A stretch of DNA of 62,915 nt, counting the filler, from Octopus bimaculoides (lineage: Eukaryota), in NCBI RefSeq assembly GCF_001194135.2. It is 3 parts of 3 records of this genome, joined end to end, with 100 filler letters (N's around TTAATTAATTAA, not from the genome) between each part and the next. Parts side by side here need not be neighbours in the genome. Positions count along the whole stretch, not along the records: positions 54,883 to 62,915 come from NC_068993.1; 2 more parts are not named here. The stretch is one strand, 5' to 3'. Below the pieces are notes generated by a model. The model did not search any database and was not told the DNA's origin. It worked only from the letters and a program-made list of their open reading frames with translations. Position numbers and translations under genes: made by a program. Of the stretch, positions 62,864-62,915 are shown piece after piece; the first letter of the stretch is position 1, and each line of letters begins with the position of its first letter.

Positions 62864-62915
62864 TATGTGTATGTGTTTTTGTTGGTGTATGTATGTGTGT
62901 GTGTGTATATACATA

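Overview
Eukaryotic, AT-rich, gap-ridden scaffold that looks like a cephalopod (probably Octopus) genome. This assignment is inferred from the dense microsatellites, the tRNA-derived SINE families and the LINE types; no search was run. Only one cellular coding region is well supported: a single-exon 109-aa cupin-fold protein on the minus strand (26578-26907), whose metal-binding motif is non-canonical (H-T-Y rather than H-x-H) and which has a near-perfect 280-bp palindrome about 155 bp upstream. Almost everything else is transposon-derived: (1) two head-to-tail R4/Dong-type LINE 3' ends joined by (TAA)n; (2) a complete-boundary CsRn1-clade Ty3/Gypsy provirus (8236-14912, 4-bp TSD GTTG, tRNA-Trp-like PBS) with a different 1.09-kb solo LTR inserted in its 5' LTR; (3) RTE, RTE-X, Tx1/L1, HERO/NeSL and Penelope fragments; (4) MITE-like hairpins and many SINEs. 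The most interesting hidden signal is four minimal type-I hammerhead-ribozyme folds. Three are tied to Penelope-like repeats and one is an orphan; two copies share an atypical CUGUUGA core. Repeats between about 16 and 29 kb are selectively CpG-decayed, which suggests a methylated gene body starting at an NRF1-like promoter near 15.6 kb whose exons I could not resolve confidently. No CRISPR array, rRNA or true tRNA gene is supported. Most long ORFs in the supplied track are N-gap or microsatellite artefacts.
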